A stretch of DNA of 64,000 nucleotides from an uncultured Thermoanaerobaculia bacterium (GTDB lineage: Bacteria > Acidobacteriota > Thermoanaerobaculia > Multivoradales > Multivoraceae): positions 1,675,772-1,739,771 of the forward strand of contig OX638294.1 in the NCBI GenBank assembly GCA_951812325.1, written 5' to 3'. This document shows, in pieces, positions 9,429-19,719 of this stretch. The translations under genes and the position numbers were made by a program. The stretch's first letter is position 1, and every line of letters begins with the position of its first letter. The notes under the pieces are model-generated. The model was not told the origin of the DNA. It did not search any database and saw only the letters and a program-made list of their open reading frames with translations.

Positions 9429-11251
9429 ACGACCCTGCTGCGCATCCGGATCGGACAGTGCCGGCGCCCACCGCAAGGCGTCTCTCAGCAAACGACGCCG
9501 GAGGAACCGTCGAGACGAACGCCGAGCCGATCCACGGCCAGATGACGTACGACGAGTCGGTCGCTTACCTGACCGGCCCGGGCGCGGACTGGGAGTTGGT
9601 CACGGAGACCGTGCGCGGCGTCGGCTACAAGGTGTTCAGGAACCTGCCGCCGACGCTGCGCTGTGTCTACGACCAGGCGCGCCAGGACCACGGCGACAAG
9701 GACTTCCTCGTCTTCCAGGACACCCGCCTGACCTACGACGAAGCGTACGAACGCGCCGCCGCACTCGCCCACCAGTTGGTCCACCGCTACGGCGTCGAGA
9801 AGGGCGACCGCGTGGCGATCGCCATGCGGAACTACCCCGAGTGGGTCATCGCCTTCATGGCGATCACGTCATCCGGCGCCATCTCCGTGTCGCTGAACGG
9901 CTGGTGGTCGGGCGAGGAGCTGGAGTACGGCTTGAAGGACTCGGGCGCCAAACTGGCCATCTTCGATCAGCAGCGCTACGAACGCGTTGCGAGCTACCTG
10001 CCCGCCCTCGGCGTGAAGAGCATCGGCGTGCGCTGGGAAGACGAGCTGCCCGACGGCGTCGACGACTTCGACGACGTGTGGCGGGAAGCGGCCGGCCAAC
10101 CGCTGCCCGATGTCGACCTCGGTCCCCACGACGACGTGACGATCCTGTTCACGTCCGGCACGACCGGGTTTCCCAAGGGCGCCGTTTCGACCCATCGCGG
10201 CGTGTTGAGCGGCATCGGCAGTTGGGGCTTCTACGGCGCCCAGCGAATCGCAATGGGCCTGCTCGACGAGCCGGAGGAGAACCCCGAGTTCCAGCCCTCC
10301 ATCCTGATGCCCCTGCCGCTGTTCCACGTGAGCGGCAGCCACGCCGGCCTGCTCGCATCGTTCGGCGTCGGCCGCAAGATCGTGATGATGTACAAGTGGA
10401 ACCCGGAACACGGCCTGGAACTGATCGAACGCGAGCGCGTCACGTCCTTCAACGGCGTGCCGACGATGACCTGGGAGATGCTGCAGTCGCCGTCGCTGAA
10501 CGAGCGCGACCTGCGCAGCCTGATCGCCGTCTCCGGCGGCGGCGCGCCGATCCCTGGCGGCATGGTCGACCGCCTGCAGGCCCTGATGCCGGACAAGCAC
10601 TGGTCCTTCGGCTGGGGAATGACGGAGACGAACGCCGGCGGCGCCGGCAACACGGACGAGGGCCTGGTCGAGAAGCCGGACAGTTGCGGCAAACCCTGCC
10701 CGATCGTCGAACTGAAGATCATCGACGACGACGGCAACGAGCTGCCCTCCGGCGAGCAGGGCGAGCTGATCATGAAGTCGTCGATGAACATCCGCGGCTA
10801 CTGGAATCGGCCCAAGGCGACCGGCGAGACGATCCAGGACGGCTGGCTGCGCACCGGCGACATCGCCGAGATCGATGAGGACGGCTTCCTCTACATCCGC
10901 GACCGCAAGAAGGACATGGTCCTGCGCGGCGGCGAGAACATCTACTGCGCCGAGATCGAGCGCGTCGTCTACCAGCACCCCGCCGTCTACGAGGCCGCCG
11001 CTTTCGGCGTCCCCGACGACCGGCTCGGCGAAGAGCTGGCCGTGGTCGTCGTGCCCAGGGACGGCGCGGAGCTCGACGCCGCCGGCGTGCGCGCCCACGT
11101 CGGCGAGCATCTCGCGCGCTTCAAGGTGCCTCGCTACGTCTGGCTCCAGGACGAGCAGCTTCCGCGCGGCGCCACCGAGAAGATCCACAAGCGCACGCTG
11201 CGCGACCAGATGCTGCGGGAAGCGCCGGAGTTCCGCCGGTGCGCCCGATGA
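9425..11251 (+). CDS. Long-chain acyl-CoA synthetase (class I adenylate-forming enzyme)
   Basis: FTSGTTGFPKG, GWGMTET, GWLRTGD, DRKKDMVLRGGENIY. Confidence 0.93.
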   Translation: MNDPAAHPDRTVPAPTARRLSANDAGGTVETNAEPIHGQMTYDESVAYLTGPGADWELVTETVRGVGYKVFRNLPPTLRCVYDQARQDHGDKDFLVFQDTRLTYDEAYERAAALAHQLVHRYGVEKGDRVAIAMRNYPEWVIAFMAITSSGAISVSLNGWWSGEELEYGLKDSGAKLAIFDQQRYERVASYLPALGVKSIGVRWEDELPDGVDDFDDVWREAAGQPLPDVDLGPHDDVTILFTSGTTGFPKGAVSTHRGVLSGIGSWGFYGAQRIAMGLLDEPEENPEFQPSILMPLPLFHVSGSHAGLLASFGVGRKIVMMYKWNPEHGLELIERERVTSFNGVPTMTWEMLQSPSLNERDLRSLIAVSGGGAPIPGGMVDRLQALMPDKHWSFGWGMTETNAGGAGNTDEGLVEKPDSCGKPCPIVELKIIDDDGNELPSGEQGELIMKSSMNIRGYWNRPKATGETIQDGWLRTGDIAEIDEDGFLYIRDRKKDMVLRGGENIYCAEIERVVYQHPAVYEAAAFGVPDDRLGEELAVVVVPRDGAELDAAGVRAHVGEHLARFKVPRYVWLQDEQLPRGATEKIHKRTLRDQMLREAPEFRRCAR

Positions 11252-11438
11252 CGGTCGCGCGGACCAGTGAGCAATCGGCGCAAAGACGCGCCAACCCGGT
11301 CGCGGTGACGCCGGTTCGGCGGGCGCGCCGCGCGTACCGATGCACGAAACCCATGCCTTCCGCGGGGCCGCCCGCGGCCGCTTTCCTCGAGCAGCGCGTG
11401 ATCGGTCCGGGCCAGTTCCCGCCAGCGGGGACGAGCGG

Positions 11439-11921
11439 ATGACCAGCGACGAAGTCCGGGTCGAACCCGGCGACCCCGCCGATCCCGCTTTCGTGCGTCT
11501 GCACGAGGCGCTCGACCGTGAACTCGGCGAGCTCTACCCCGCGGACAGCATCTACAGCGTCGAGCCCGACAAGCTGGATGCGCCGGGCTGCTGCCTGCTC
11601 CTCGGCCGGACTGCCGACGGCGAGGCCGTGGCCTGCGGCGCACTCCGTCGCCTGAGCGCCGAGCAGGCGGAGATCAGGCGGATGTACGTCGAGCCGGAGT
11701 ACCGTGGCAAGTCGCTCGGCCGCCGCATCCTGGAGCAACTCGAAGCACGCGCCGCGGCCTTCGGGTACAAGTCCCTGCGCCTCGAGACGGGCGAAATGCA
11801 GCCTGCAGCCATCAGCCTCTACCGCTCGTTCGGCTACGTCCTGATCCCCTGCTACAACGAGTACGCCTACGATCCGCACAGTCTCTGCTTTGAAAAGAAG
11901 CTCGAGACGGGCGGCGGCTAA
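11439..11921 (+). CDS. GNAT acetyltransferase
   Basis: AEIRRMYVEPEYRGKSLG, LRLETG, AISLYRSFGY, SLCFEK. Confidence 0.9.
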   Translation: MTSDEVRVEPGDPADPAFVRLHEALDRELGELYPADSIYSVEPDKLDAPGCCLLLGRTADGEAVACGALRRLSAEQAEIRRMYVEPEYRGKSLGRRILEQLEARAAAFGYKSLRLETGEMQPAAISLYRSFGYVLIPCYNEYAYDPHSLCFEKKLETGGG

Positions 11922-11931
11922 CATTCGGCCA

Positions 11932-12552
11932 ATGGCCTGCTTTGAACCGATCGGCCGACGGCGCGCCCTCCAGGTGATCGGCGGCGCCGCCGCGTTGCCG
12001 CTCCTGCCGGAGGAGTTGTTCGCGAATGCCCACCTCGCGCATGTCCACCTGCACCGGCAGGAAACCGACGGTGAGCCGGCGCCGCTCACCGTACTGACGG
12101 GACACCAGGCAAGCACGCTCAACGCGATGGCCGAGCGCATCCTGCCCACGATGGACACCCCCGGCGCCGGCGACGCGGAGATTCCCGGCTTCGTCGATCG
12201 CCTGCTGGAGGGCTGGCTGCCGGATCCGGCGCGGGATCACCTGCTCGCCGAGCTGGACCGCTTCGATGCGCGAGCCCGCGAACGCCACCCCGACGGCGAC
12301 GGCTTCGTCGGCCTGACCGAGTCCGCCCAGGACGAACTGCTGACCGAAGCGCAGGACGAAGCCCTCGCCCAGCGAGATGGCCGCGCCTTCTCGCGCAACC
12401 CGAACCGGCTCCACGAGCAACCGTTCTTCGACCTGGTCAAGTGGCTCACGCTGTTCGGCTACTACACCTCGGAAGCAGGCATGAAGTCGGAACTCGGCTA
12501 CCGGATCGTCCCCGGCCGCTGGGACCCCTGCGTCGACATCGAGGACGCCTGA
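11932..12552 (+). CDS. Gluconate 2-dehydrogenase subunit 3-family protein (Tat signal)
   Basis: GRRRALQ Tat motif, ILPTMDTPGA, LTLFGYYTSEAG. Confidence 0.85.
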   Translation: MACFEPIGRRRALQVIGGAAALPLLPEELFANAHLAHVHLHRQETDGEPAPLTVLTGHQASTLNAMAERILPTMDTPGAGDAEIPGFVDRLLEGWLPDPARDHLLAELDRFDARARERHPDGDGFVGLTESAQDELLTEAQDEALAQRDGRAFSRNPNRLHEQPFFDLVKWLTLFGYYTSEAGMKSELGYRIVPGRWDPCVDIEDA

Positions 12553-12566
12553 GGTTCGCCGCCGCC

Positions 12567-14288
12567 ATGGTTCAGATCATCGAACGCAAGGTCTGGGATG
12601 CGATCGTCATCGGCTCCGGCGTCACCGGCGGCTGGGCGGCGAAGGAACTGACCGAGAAGGGCCTGGAGACCCTGGTCCTGGAGGCCGGCCCGCCGGTCGT
12701 CCCCGAGCGGGACTACAGCGAGCACACGCCCCCCTGGCAGATGCCGTACCGGGGCCTCCGCGACCGCAAGCGCCAGGCCGAGCGGCAGCCGGTCCAGAGC
12801 CGCGCCGCCGCCTGCGACGAGTGGTCAGGCAAGTTCTTCGTCGACGACATCGACAACCCCTACTCGATCGGCGAGGACAGCCAGGAGTTCCTGTGGATAC
12901 GCGCCCGCGTGGTCGGCGGCAGGTCGTTGCTCTGGGGACGGCAGAGCTATCGCTGGAGCGACCTGGACTTCGGCGCCAACGCCCGCGACGGCTACGGCAC
13001 GGACTGGCCGATCCGCTACCGGGACCTCGCGCCCTGGTACGACCACGTGGAGTCCTTCGTCGGCATCGCCGGTCAGGCCGAGAACATGCCGCAGCTCCCG
13101 GACGGGCAGTTCCTGCCCCCGATCGCCCAGACCTGCATGGAGGAGAGGGTGCGGGAGGACCTCGACCGCGCCTTCGGCGGCACGCGCCGGTTCACCCCCG
13201 CCCGGGTCGCGGTGCTTACCCGCCACCACAACGGCCGCCGCGCCTGCCACTACTGCGGCATCTGCCGCCGCGGCTGCATCAGCCGGTCGTACTTCTCGAG
13301 CCTGAACGCGACCCTGCCGGCCGCCGAGGAGACCGGCAAGCTCACGGTGCGCCCCAACAGCGTCGTCTACAACCTGATCCACGACGAGCAGCGGGACCGG
13401 GTGAGCGGCGTCCACCTGATCGACGCCGAGTCGAACGAGTCGGTCGAGGTCCACGGCCGCCTGGTCTTCCTCTGCGCCTCCACGATCGAGTCGGCGCGCA
13501 TCCTGCTCAACTCGAGGACGCAGCGATTCTCCGAGGGCCTGGCGAACTCGAGCGGCCAGGTCGGCCGCAACCTGATGGACCACATCTTCCAGGTCGGCGC
13601 GAACGGGAACCTCGACGGCCTCGAGGACAAGACGACCTTCGGCCGCCGGCCCAACTCCTGCTACCTGCCGCGCTTCGTGAACCTCGACGGCGACCGCGCA
13701 GAAGCCACCCGCGAGAAGGACTTCCTGCGCGGATTCGGCTACCAGTGCGGGGCCCGCAGACCGACCACCTGGCAGAGCGGCATCGGCCAGCCCGGCTTCG
13801 GCGCCGACTACAAGGCGAGCCTGCGCGGGCTCGGGCCCTGGCGTCTCAACTTCACCGGCTTCGGCGAGAACCTGCCGAACCCGGACAACCGGGTGACGAT
13901 CGACCCGGAACTCGTGGACCGCTGGGGCATCCCGGCGGCACGCATCACGATGAACTACGGCGAGAACGAGGCCGCGATGCGGGAGAGCATCCAGACCCGG
14001 GCCGCCGAGATGCTGGAAGCGCTCGGGGCGAAGAACATCCGCACCTTCAACCGGAACTCACTGCCCGGCTTCGCGATCCACGAGATGGGCACGGCCCGGA
14101 TGGGCCTCGATCCTGCGACCTCGGTGCTCAACGGCTGGTGCCAGTCCTGGGACGTGCCGAACCTGTTCATCACCGACGGCGCGGCGATGGCCTCGTCGGC
14201 CTGCCAGAACCCGAGCCTGACCTACATGGCGCTGACGGCGCGCGCCTGCGACTACGCCGTGCGCCAGATGCGCCGGCTGGAACTCTGA
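12567..14288 (+). CDS. GMC-family flavoprotein oxidoreductase
   Basis: DAIVIGSGVTGG, GGRSLLW, CHYCGICRRGC, GRNLMDH, HEMGTARMG, QNPSLT. Confidence 0.93.
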   Translation: MVQIIERKVWDAIVIGSGVTGGWAAKELTEKGLETLVLEAGPPVVPERDYSEHTPPWQMPYRGLRDRKRQAERQPVQSRAAACDEWSGKFFVDDIDNPYSIGEDSQEFLWIRARVVGGRSLLWGRQSYRWSDLDFGANARDGYGTDWPIRYRDLAPWYDHVESFVGIAGQAENMPQLPDGQFLPPIAQTCMEERVREDLDRAFGGTRRFTPARVAVLTRHHNGRRACHYCGICRRGCISRSYFSSLNATLPAAEETGKLTVRPNSVVYNLIHDEQRDRVSGVHLIDAESNESVEVHGRLVFLCASTIESARILLNSRTQRFSEGLANSSGQVGRNLMDHIFQVGANGNLDGLEDKTTFGRRPNSCYLPRFVNLDGDRAEATREKDFLRGFGYQCGARRPTTWQSGIGQPGFGADYKASLRGLGPWRLNFTGFGENLPNPDNRVTIDPELVDRWGIPAARITMNYGENEAAMRESIQTRAAEMLEALGAKNIRTFNRNSLPGFAIHEMGTARMGLDPATSVLNGWCQSWDVPNLFITDGAAMASSACQNPSLTYMALTARACDYAVRQMRRLEL

Positions 14289-14516
14289 TCGGCCCCTCCC
14301 GATCCCGTATCCCGGCGCCTTGTCAGGATGCGTGGGGCCGACCCGGCGGCTACCGGATAACGTGACTCCATGCCGACGAGCAGCGGAGAGCCCGACCTCG
14401 CGGGTACCGTCCATGCGCCCGATGACGGACGCCCGGGCTTCTTCACGGGTATCGCGTTCCGCACCACCCGGGGATCTATGATGCGCACTGAACTGAACGG
14501 AGAGGAGCCATTCCCC

Positions 14517-15620
14517 ATGCGCCCCAACTACACGCGCCCGAACCACCGACTCGTTCCGACCTGTCTCGCGGCCATCTCCCTGGCGGCCGGCCTCGCCGCT
14601 TGCGGAGGTGTCGAGGATCCCGCCGGCGCCGTCGTCGAGACCGACACCCACCGCTTCGAGGAAGTGGCGCCCGGCGTCTACTTCATACTCGGCACGGGAA
14701 CGATCTTCGTTCAGAGCAACGCGATGCTCGTGCTGAGCGACGAAGACGCCCTGGTCGTTGACTCCCACGTCACGCCGGCTGCCGCGCGGGCTCTGCTCGC
14801 CTCAATCGCGGAGGTCACGGACAAGCCGGTGACTCACCTGGTCAACACCCACTACCACTTCGACCACGCGCACGGGAACCAGGTCTTCCCCGAGGACGTG
14901 GCGATCATCGGCCACGAGTTCACCCGCGAGATGCTGATGAGCGACGTTCTCAAGCAGGGGACCTACCTGAACTTCTCCGGCGCGATCCCCGACCAGATTG
15001 CGGCGTGGAAGGAACAGGCCGGCGCGATGGAGGACGGCGAGGAAAAGGAAGCGCTGATGGAGCAGATCGTCGCCCAGGAAGACCACTACGTCGCACTCGG
15101 CGAAACGGCGCCGACGCCGCCGAACGTGACCCTGACCAACCGGATGACGATCCACCGCACCTGGGAAGGCCAGGACCGGCCGATCGAAGTGATCCACCTC
15201 GGCCGCGGCCACACCGGCGGCGACGTGGTCGTCCTGCTGCCCAACGAGCGCATCGTCTTCACCGGCGACCTGGTGCTGCCAGGCGGCAGCGCCTACATCG
15301 GCGACGGCTACGTCAATGAATGGCTCGACACGCTGGACCGGTTCCAGGAGCTCGAGTTCGACCTCGTCCTCCCCGGACACAACGAGGCGTTCCGTGACGT
15401 CTCAACTCAACTCGGCCTCCTGAGGGACATGCTGAGCAGCTTCTGGAACGATGCGGTCAGCGCCCGCGACCAGGGTCTGAGCGCCGAAGAGGCGATCTCG
15501 ACGATCGAGTGGCAGGGATTCCTGGCCACCGCTCCCGACCCGATCAAGATCCAGTGCGTGGAGCGCGCCTGGGCCGTGATGGACGAAACCGGGGGCAGCA
15601 ACGACACGGATTCCGCGTAG
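14517..15620 (+). CDS. MBL-fold metallohydrolase, probable lipoprotein
   Basis: LAAC lipobox; THYHFDHAHGN, GHTGGD, FTGD, PGH. Confidence 0.88.
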   Translation: MRPNYTRPNHRLVPTCLAAISLAAGLAACGGVEDPAGAVVETDTHRFEEVAPGVYFILGTGTIFVQSNAMLVLSDEDALVVDSHVTPAAARALLASIAEVTDKPVTHLVNTHYHFDHAHGNQVFPEDVAIIGHEFTREMLMSDVLKQGTYLNFSGAIPDQIAAWKEQAGAMEDGEEKEALMEQIVAQEDHYVALGETAPTPPNVTLTNRMTIHRTWEGQDRPIEVIHLGRGHTGGDVVVLLPNERIVFTGDLVLPGGSAYIGDGYVNEWLDTLDRFQELEFDLVLPGHNEAFRDVSTQLGLLRDMLSSFWNDAVSARDQGLSAEEAISTIEWQGFLATAPDPIKIQCVERAWAVMDETGGSNDTDSA

Positions 15621-15768
15621 GCCGGTCACCGACGGCAGGAAGGCGTCCGTGCAGGGCTCCCGCCCCACTCCGCGTGAAGCACCGGACCTGGCGATGGCCT
15701 TGGCGCGTCCGTGTCGCCAAGTTCTTCATTCTGTGGTATTTACACAGCAACACCGTTAGCATCCCGTC

Positions 15769-16557
15769 ATGGAACAGCAGCACGTTGCCCCTCTTTCGGC
15801 CGGCCTCGACGCGCTCGGGCGCGCTGTGGAGCGGGCGAGCGGCTGGCTGCTGAAGCGCTACGGCGAAGAGGTCGAGTGGGCGATCGAGGACCAGTTCCTG
15901 ATCGGCCTGGACGACCACGAGAGGATCGACCTCGAAGAGCAGCTCCAGGCGCGCAGCGGCCGCGATCAGGCCGCCTTCTTCGCCAACGCGATGAGTTGCC
16001 TGCTCGCCCAGGGGCGCTTCGAGCAGGACGTCGTCAAGGGCGCCTGCCGATCATTCAGCTTCGCCGACAAGCTGCTCGGACCGGGCGGGCTGCTGCTGGA
16101 AGTCACGGAGCGCCGCTGGCTGGAGGCCCTGGTCGGAAGCTCGCTGCAGCTCTACCGGATCGGCCCCGGGAACGGCCGGGTCGCACTGGAAGAAGTGACC
16201 AGCCGCGTGCAGGTCCTGGTGGAACCGCATCCCGCCATGGAGCCCCTCCGGACCGGCGATCTCGTCGGCACGCGCGTCATCACCCTGGACGGCGAGGAGA
16301 CCGGGCGAGCCTGCGGAATCTTCGGTTTCCCGGCCGGCGCCGCCGAACGGGAACTCGTCGATCTCGTGGAAACCGCCGCGACACACCCCCTCGGCAGCCG
16401 GGGCGAGATCCTCGGCGTCGCCGACGTGGTCGCCACCGCCTGGCTGCGTTCCTTCCTGCCCGACGGGCCGACGCGTGGACCCCAAGCCGTCGTCAATGCC
16501 GGCGCCGACGGACCGGGCAGGCGCCGGATCCTCCAGTGGCCGGGCGCCGGCGACTGA
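15769..16557 (+). CDS. Hypothetical protein
   Basis: 262-aa ORF with coding-like codon usage; no family recognised with confidence. Confidence 0.55.
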   Translation: MEQQHVAPLSAGLDALGRAVERASGWLLKRYGEEVEWAIEDQFLIGLDDHERIDLEEQLQARSGRDQAAFFANAMSCLLAQGRFEQDVVKGACRSFSFADKLLGPGGLLLEVTERRWLEALVGSSLQLYRIGPGNGRVALEEVTSRVQVLVEPHPAMEPLRTGDLVGTRVITLDGEETGRACGIFGFPAGAAERELVDLVETAATHPLGSRGEILGVADVVATAWLRSFLPDGPTRGPQAVVNAGADGPGRRRILQWPGAGD

Positions 16558-16562
16558 GCGGC

Positions 16563-17960
16563 GTGTTCGGCGGAGGAGGCCGCAGCCCGGGGCGCCCGGC
16601 TTTGCCTGCCGCCCTGGCGCGTCTCGCCGCCCTCGTCGCGCTGTCGGTCGGCGGCGGCGCAGCGTTGGCGCAGAACGGTGCAGACCGGGTCGTCACCCCG
16701 GCGGTGGGGATTCGTACCCCGCCGCTCCACGTACCCGCGGCGATGGCGGGAACGGGCATCAACCCCGAAGTCGCAGTGAAGGTCGATATCGACGAGACGG
16801 GTGATGTCAGCCGCGTCCACATCCAGACGATCGAACCGTCATCGCAGTTCGACGAGCTGCTGCGGTCCCGGGTAGCCGAGGCCCTGAAACGCTGGCGTTA
16901 CGGCCCCGCCCGCGACGGCGAGGACAACCCGGCGCCATCCAGCATGTCGTGGCGGATGAAGTTCGTGAGCCAAGAGGAGGGATCCCGACCCGGCGCTTCG
17001 GGTTTCGCGATCGACAACGACCTGCGGGTCCTTGCCGGCTCCGACGCCCTGCCGATGAACTTCCGACCGCTGACTCGGCAGGAACGCGCCGAAAGACTCA
17101 GCGGCATCATCGAGAAGGCGGAGAAGCACCTTGATCGGACCCACCGGCGCCGACGGGAGACGCAGCGGTTCATCGTGGTCAGCGACGCCGAAGAAGAGTC
17201 CACGGCGGAGATCCTCGCCGGCAACATGGAGTCCATCTTCCAGGTATTCCACTCGATCTTCGACCAGCACCTCGAGCCCATGCCACAGAACTGGAAGCTG
17301 GTGGTCTACCTGTACCGGCGGCAGAGCTCCCTGGAGCAGCTCAATCGGGGCATCGGCGGTCGCGATTTCGGGGCCGGCTTCTACCAGTCGCCCGGGCTGC
17401 TGGCCTTCCACCAGGAGGTCCACTACTACGACCAGCTGCTCAGCACGATGGTGCACGAAGCCTTCCATGCCTTCAGCGACAGCCACCTCACGGCGCCCGG
17501 CAAGAACCTGCCCAGATGGGCCGAGGAGGGGCTCGCCGAGTACTTCAGCAACTCGAAGATCGAGGACGGACGGCTGGTTCCCGGCGAACTGAACCGGGGA
17601 CGCTATGCGATCGCCCACGGCCGCAAAGGCCCGCAACGCCTTCAGAGCCAGTCGGCCTGGAGCATCCGCGAGGCCCGCCAGGCCCTGAGGCAGGGCGAGG
17701 CGCCGTCTATCGCCGAACTGATCGAGACCGGCGCCGAAACGTTCTACGGCGACCGCTACCAGACCTTCTACGGTTTCTCGTGGCTGTTCACCCACTTCCT
17801 CCGGCATGGCCGGGACAGCTGGGAAAGCGGCGAGCCCTTCGCCCGGTTGCTGCTCTACCTGACCGAGGAGTATCCGAGCCGCGACGCCCTCGAGGCCGCC
17901 TACGGCAGCCAACCCGAAGCGCTGCAGGACGAGTTCGAAGGTTACGTCCGGCAATTCTGA
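16563..17960 (+). CDS. Secreted TonB C-terminal domain plus DUF1570-like zinc metallopeptidase
   Basis: VAVKVDIDETGDV...ALKRWRYGPA (TonB_C-like); MVHEAFHAF and LPRWAEEGLAEYF (HExxH...E); start uncertain. Confidence 0.72.
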   Translation: MFGGGGRSPGRPALPAALARLAALVALSVGGGAALAQNGADRVVTPAVGIRTPPLHVPAAMAGTGINPEVAVKVDIDETGDVSRVHIQTIEPSSQFDELLRSRVAEALKRWRYGPARDGEDNPAPSSMSWRMKFVSQEEGSRPGASGFAIDNDLRVLAGSDALPMNFRPLTRQERAERLSGIIEKAEKHLDRTHRRRRETQRFIVVSDAEEESTAEILAGNMESIFQVFHSIFDQHLEPMPQNWKLVVYLYRRQSSLEQLNRGIGGRDFGAGFYQSPGLLAFHQEVHYYDQLLSTMVHEAFHAFSDSHLTAPGKNLPRWAEEGLAEYFSNSKIEDGRLVPGELNRGRYAIAHGRKGPQRLQSQSAWSIREARQALRQGEAPSIAELIETGAETFYGDRYQTFYGFSWLFTHFLRHGRDSWESGEPFARLLLYLTEEYPSRDALEAAYGSQPEALQDEFEGYVRQF

Positions 17961-18128
17961 TCGGCCGCCGCAGCGACTGCCGCCGGGAGGCGTCGCAGGC
18001 CGCCGTTACCTCCGGCGATTCTGATCTGCCGCCGCGGCGACTGCCGCCGGGAGGCGTCGCAGGACGCCGTTGCCTCCGGCGATTCTGATCGGCCGCCGCA
18101 GCGACTACCGCCGGGAGGCGTCGTAGGC
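17947..18128. repeat. 64-bp tandem repeat (about 3 copies) between convergent genes
   Basis: TCCGGC(A/G)ATTCTGATC at 17947, 18011 and 18075. Confidence 0.9.
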
Positions 18129-19574
18129 CGCGCGGTGGGTCGCCGCCTCGGCCTCGCGGCCCAGGATCCGGTAGCAGACCCACAGGTTGTAGTGGGCGAG
18201 GCTGCGCGCCGGGTCGAGTTCCAGGGTACGAAGGAGCCTGGGGATGGCCTCCTCCCAGCGCTCCAGTTCAACCAGCGCCAGCCCGCTGAAGAACGCGTTC
18301 TCGACCCGCTCGGGATTCAACCCGGCCGCCCGGTCGAGCGCCTCCGCAGCCTCTTCCCAACGCTGTGTCCGGTAGGCCGCGAAGCCCAGGTTGTACCAGA
18401 CCGCTTCCATGTGACCGAGTTCCACGCTCGCCCGCCTGAACAGCTCCAGGGCCTCGACCGCGTCGCCGGCGCTCAGCAACCTTGCGCCTTCGTTGAGCAG
18501 GCTCGCTCCATCCGTCACCTCCTCGAACCGCTCCTGCCTGTTCTCGCGCCGAGCCGCCCGTTCCTCTGCGGTGCCGTAGAGATGGACCAGCGCCCGGTCC
18601 GCCTCGATGGCGGCCCAGGACTCCGTTGGCGCGAACTCGGCGGCGCTCCGAAACAGGGACTCGGCCTCCTCGGCACGCCCCGCGTCGCGCAGGTTCCAGG
18701 CAGCGGCCAGCGCGACGGCGGCGAACTCCAGCCGCACCTGCCCGCTCTCGTCACGCCAATCCCGCCCGAGGACCTCGAGTTCACGCTGCGCTTCCGCAAG
18801 TCGTCCGGCGCGGGCGAGCGCCCGGACGAAGCGAGAACGCACATAGGGTCCGCCGGTCTCCGTCATCTCGCCCAACAGGTCGGCCGCATCGCTCCACTCT
18901 CCGGCGTTCTCCAGCGCCCGCAGGAGCGAGTGGTTGACGACCTCGTTGCCTGGTTCCAGGGTCCGCAGTTCGCGCAGCAACGACAGCGCCTCCCCGGCCC
19001 TGCCGAGGCGCTCGTTGAAGACGACCGAGAGCCTGAGGAAGCGGCTGCGATCTTCCAGCCCGTCGTCCGCCAGGCGGCGCTCGACAAGCGCAAGCGCCGC
19101 CTGGAGCACCGAATCCTCCGCGTTCTCGGCGCGGGCGATCAGACTCAGCGCGCCTGCCGTCAGGCCTGCCGGATCATCGACCGCGGCGACCAGTTCGCGG
19201 CGCACCTCCCGGACCTCGGATTCCGGAAGACCCACCCTCTGATCGAACGCCAGCAGGGCGAGCAGGGGAGTGACCGGTTCGTTGCACTGCTCACGGGCCC
19301 GCTTGAGCCAGGCCGCCTGTTCAGCGGGTCGAGACGCCAGCTCCGCGATCCGGGCCTTCCGCATGAGCCGAAGGCACTCGGCGTCCGGCAGCCGAGCACC
19401 GGAACCGCCTTGTGTCTGCGCGGTCAGCGGGACCGCCAGAACGCAGGTCAGCAAGACGGCGGCGCCGGCGGTCCCCGCTCGGCTGACGAGCCTCCCGCCA
19501 TGCGGCGTGGCCGTCGCCCTCACTCGGGGCGCCGACCCGCAGGCGCCCAGGTCACGCCAACGACAACCGTTCAT
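18105..19574 (-). CDS. Tetratricopeptide-repeat protein, probably secreted
   Basis: AVWYNLGFAAY, AFFSGLALVEL, AHYNLWVCY TPR motifs; start uncertain. Confidence 0.8.
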   Translation of the reverse strand: MNGCRWRDLGACGSAPRVRATATPHGGRLVSRAGTAGAAVLLTCVLAVPLTAQTQGGSGARLPDAECLRLMRKARIAELASRPAEQAAWLKRAREQCNEPVTPLLALLAFDQRVGLPESEVREVRRELVAAVDDPAGLTAGALSLIARAENAEDSVLQAALALVERRLADDGLEDRSRFLRLSVVFNERLGRAGEALSLLRELRTLEPGNEVVNHSLLRALENAGEWSDAADLLGEMTETGGPYVRSRFVRALARAGRLAEAQRELEVLGRDWRDESGQVRLEFAAVALAAAWNLRDAGRAEEAESLFRSAAEFAPTESWAAIEADRALVHLYGTAEERAARRENRQERFEEVTDGASLLNEGARLLSAGDAVEALELFRRASVELGHMEAVWYNLGFAAYRTQRWEEAAEALDRAAGLNPERVENAFFSGLALVELERWEEAIPRLLRTLELDPARSLAHYNLWVCYRILGREAEAATHRAAYDASRR

Positions 19575-19719
19575 CTCGCGCTTCGCCCTCGAACGCGTCC
19601 GGACGGCCGACGCCTCCACCTCTTGGCCGGCGCGAACCTCGTTTGCTTCCAGGCCGCCGCAGATGGTGACGAATGCGCCGCCGTCACCCGGTTCGCGGTT
19701 TCCCCGCAGGCGGAGCTCT

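Noticed and set aside
15712-15770. AT-richer stretch starting TGTCGCCAAG that looks like an IS end
   Set aside because: No matching second end or transposase found; it may simply be the promoter of the 15769 gene.
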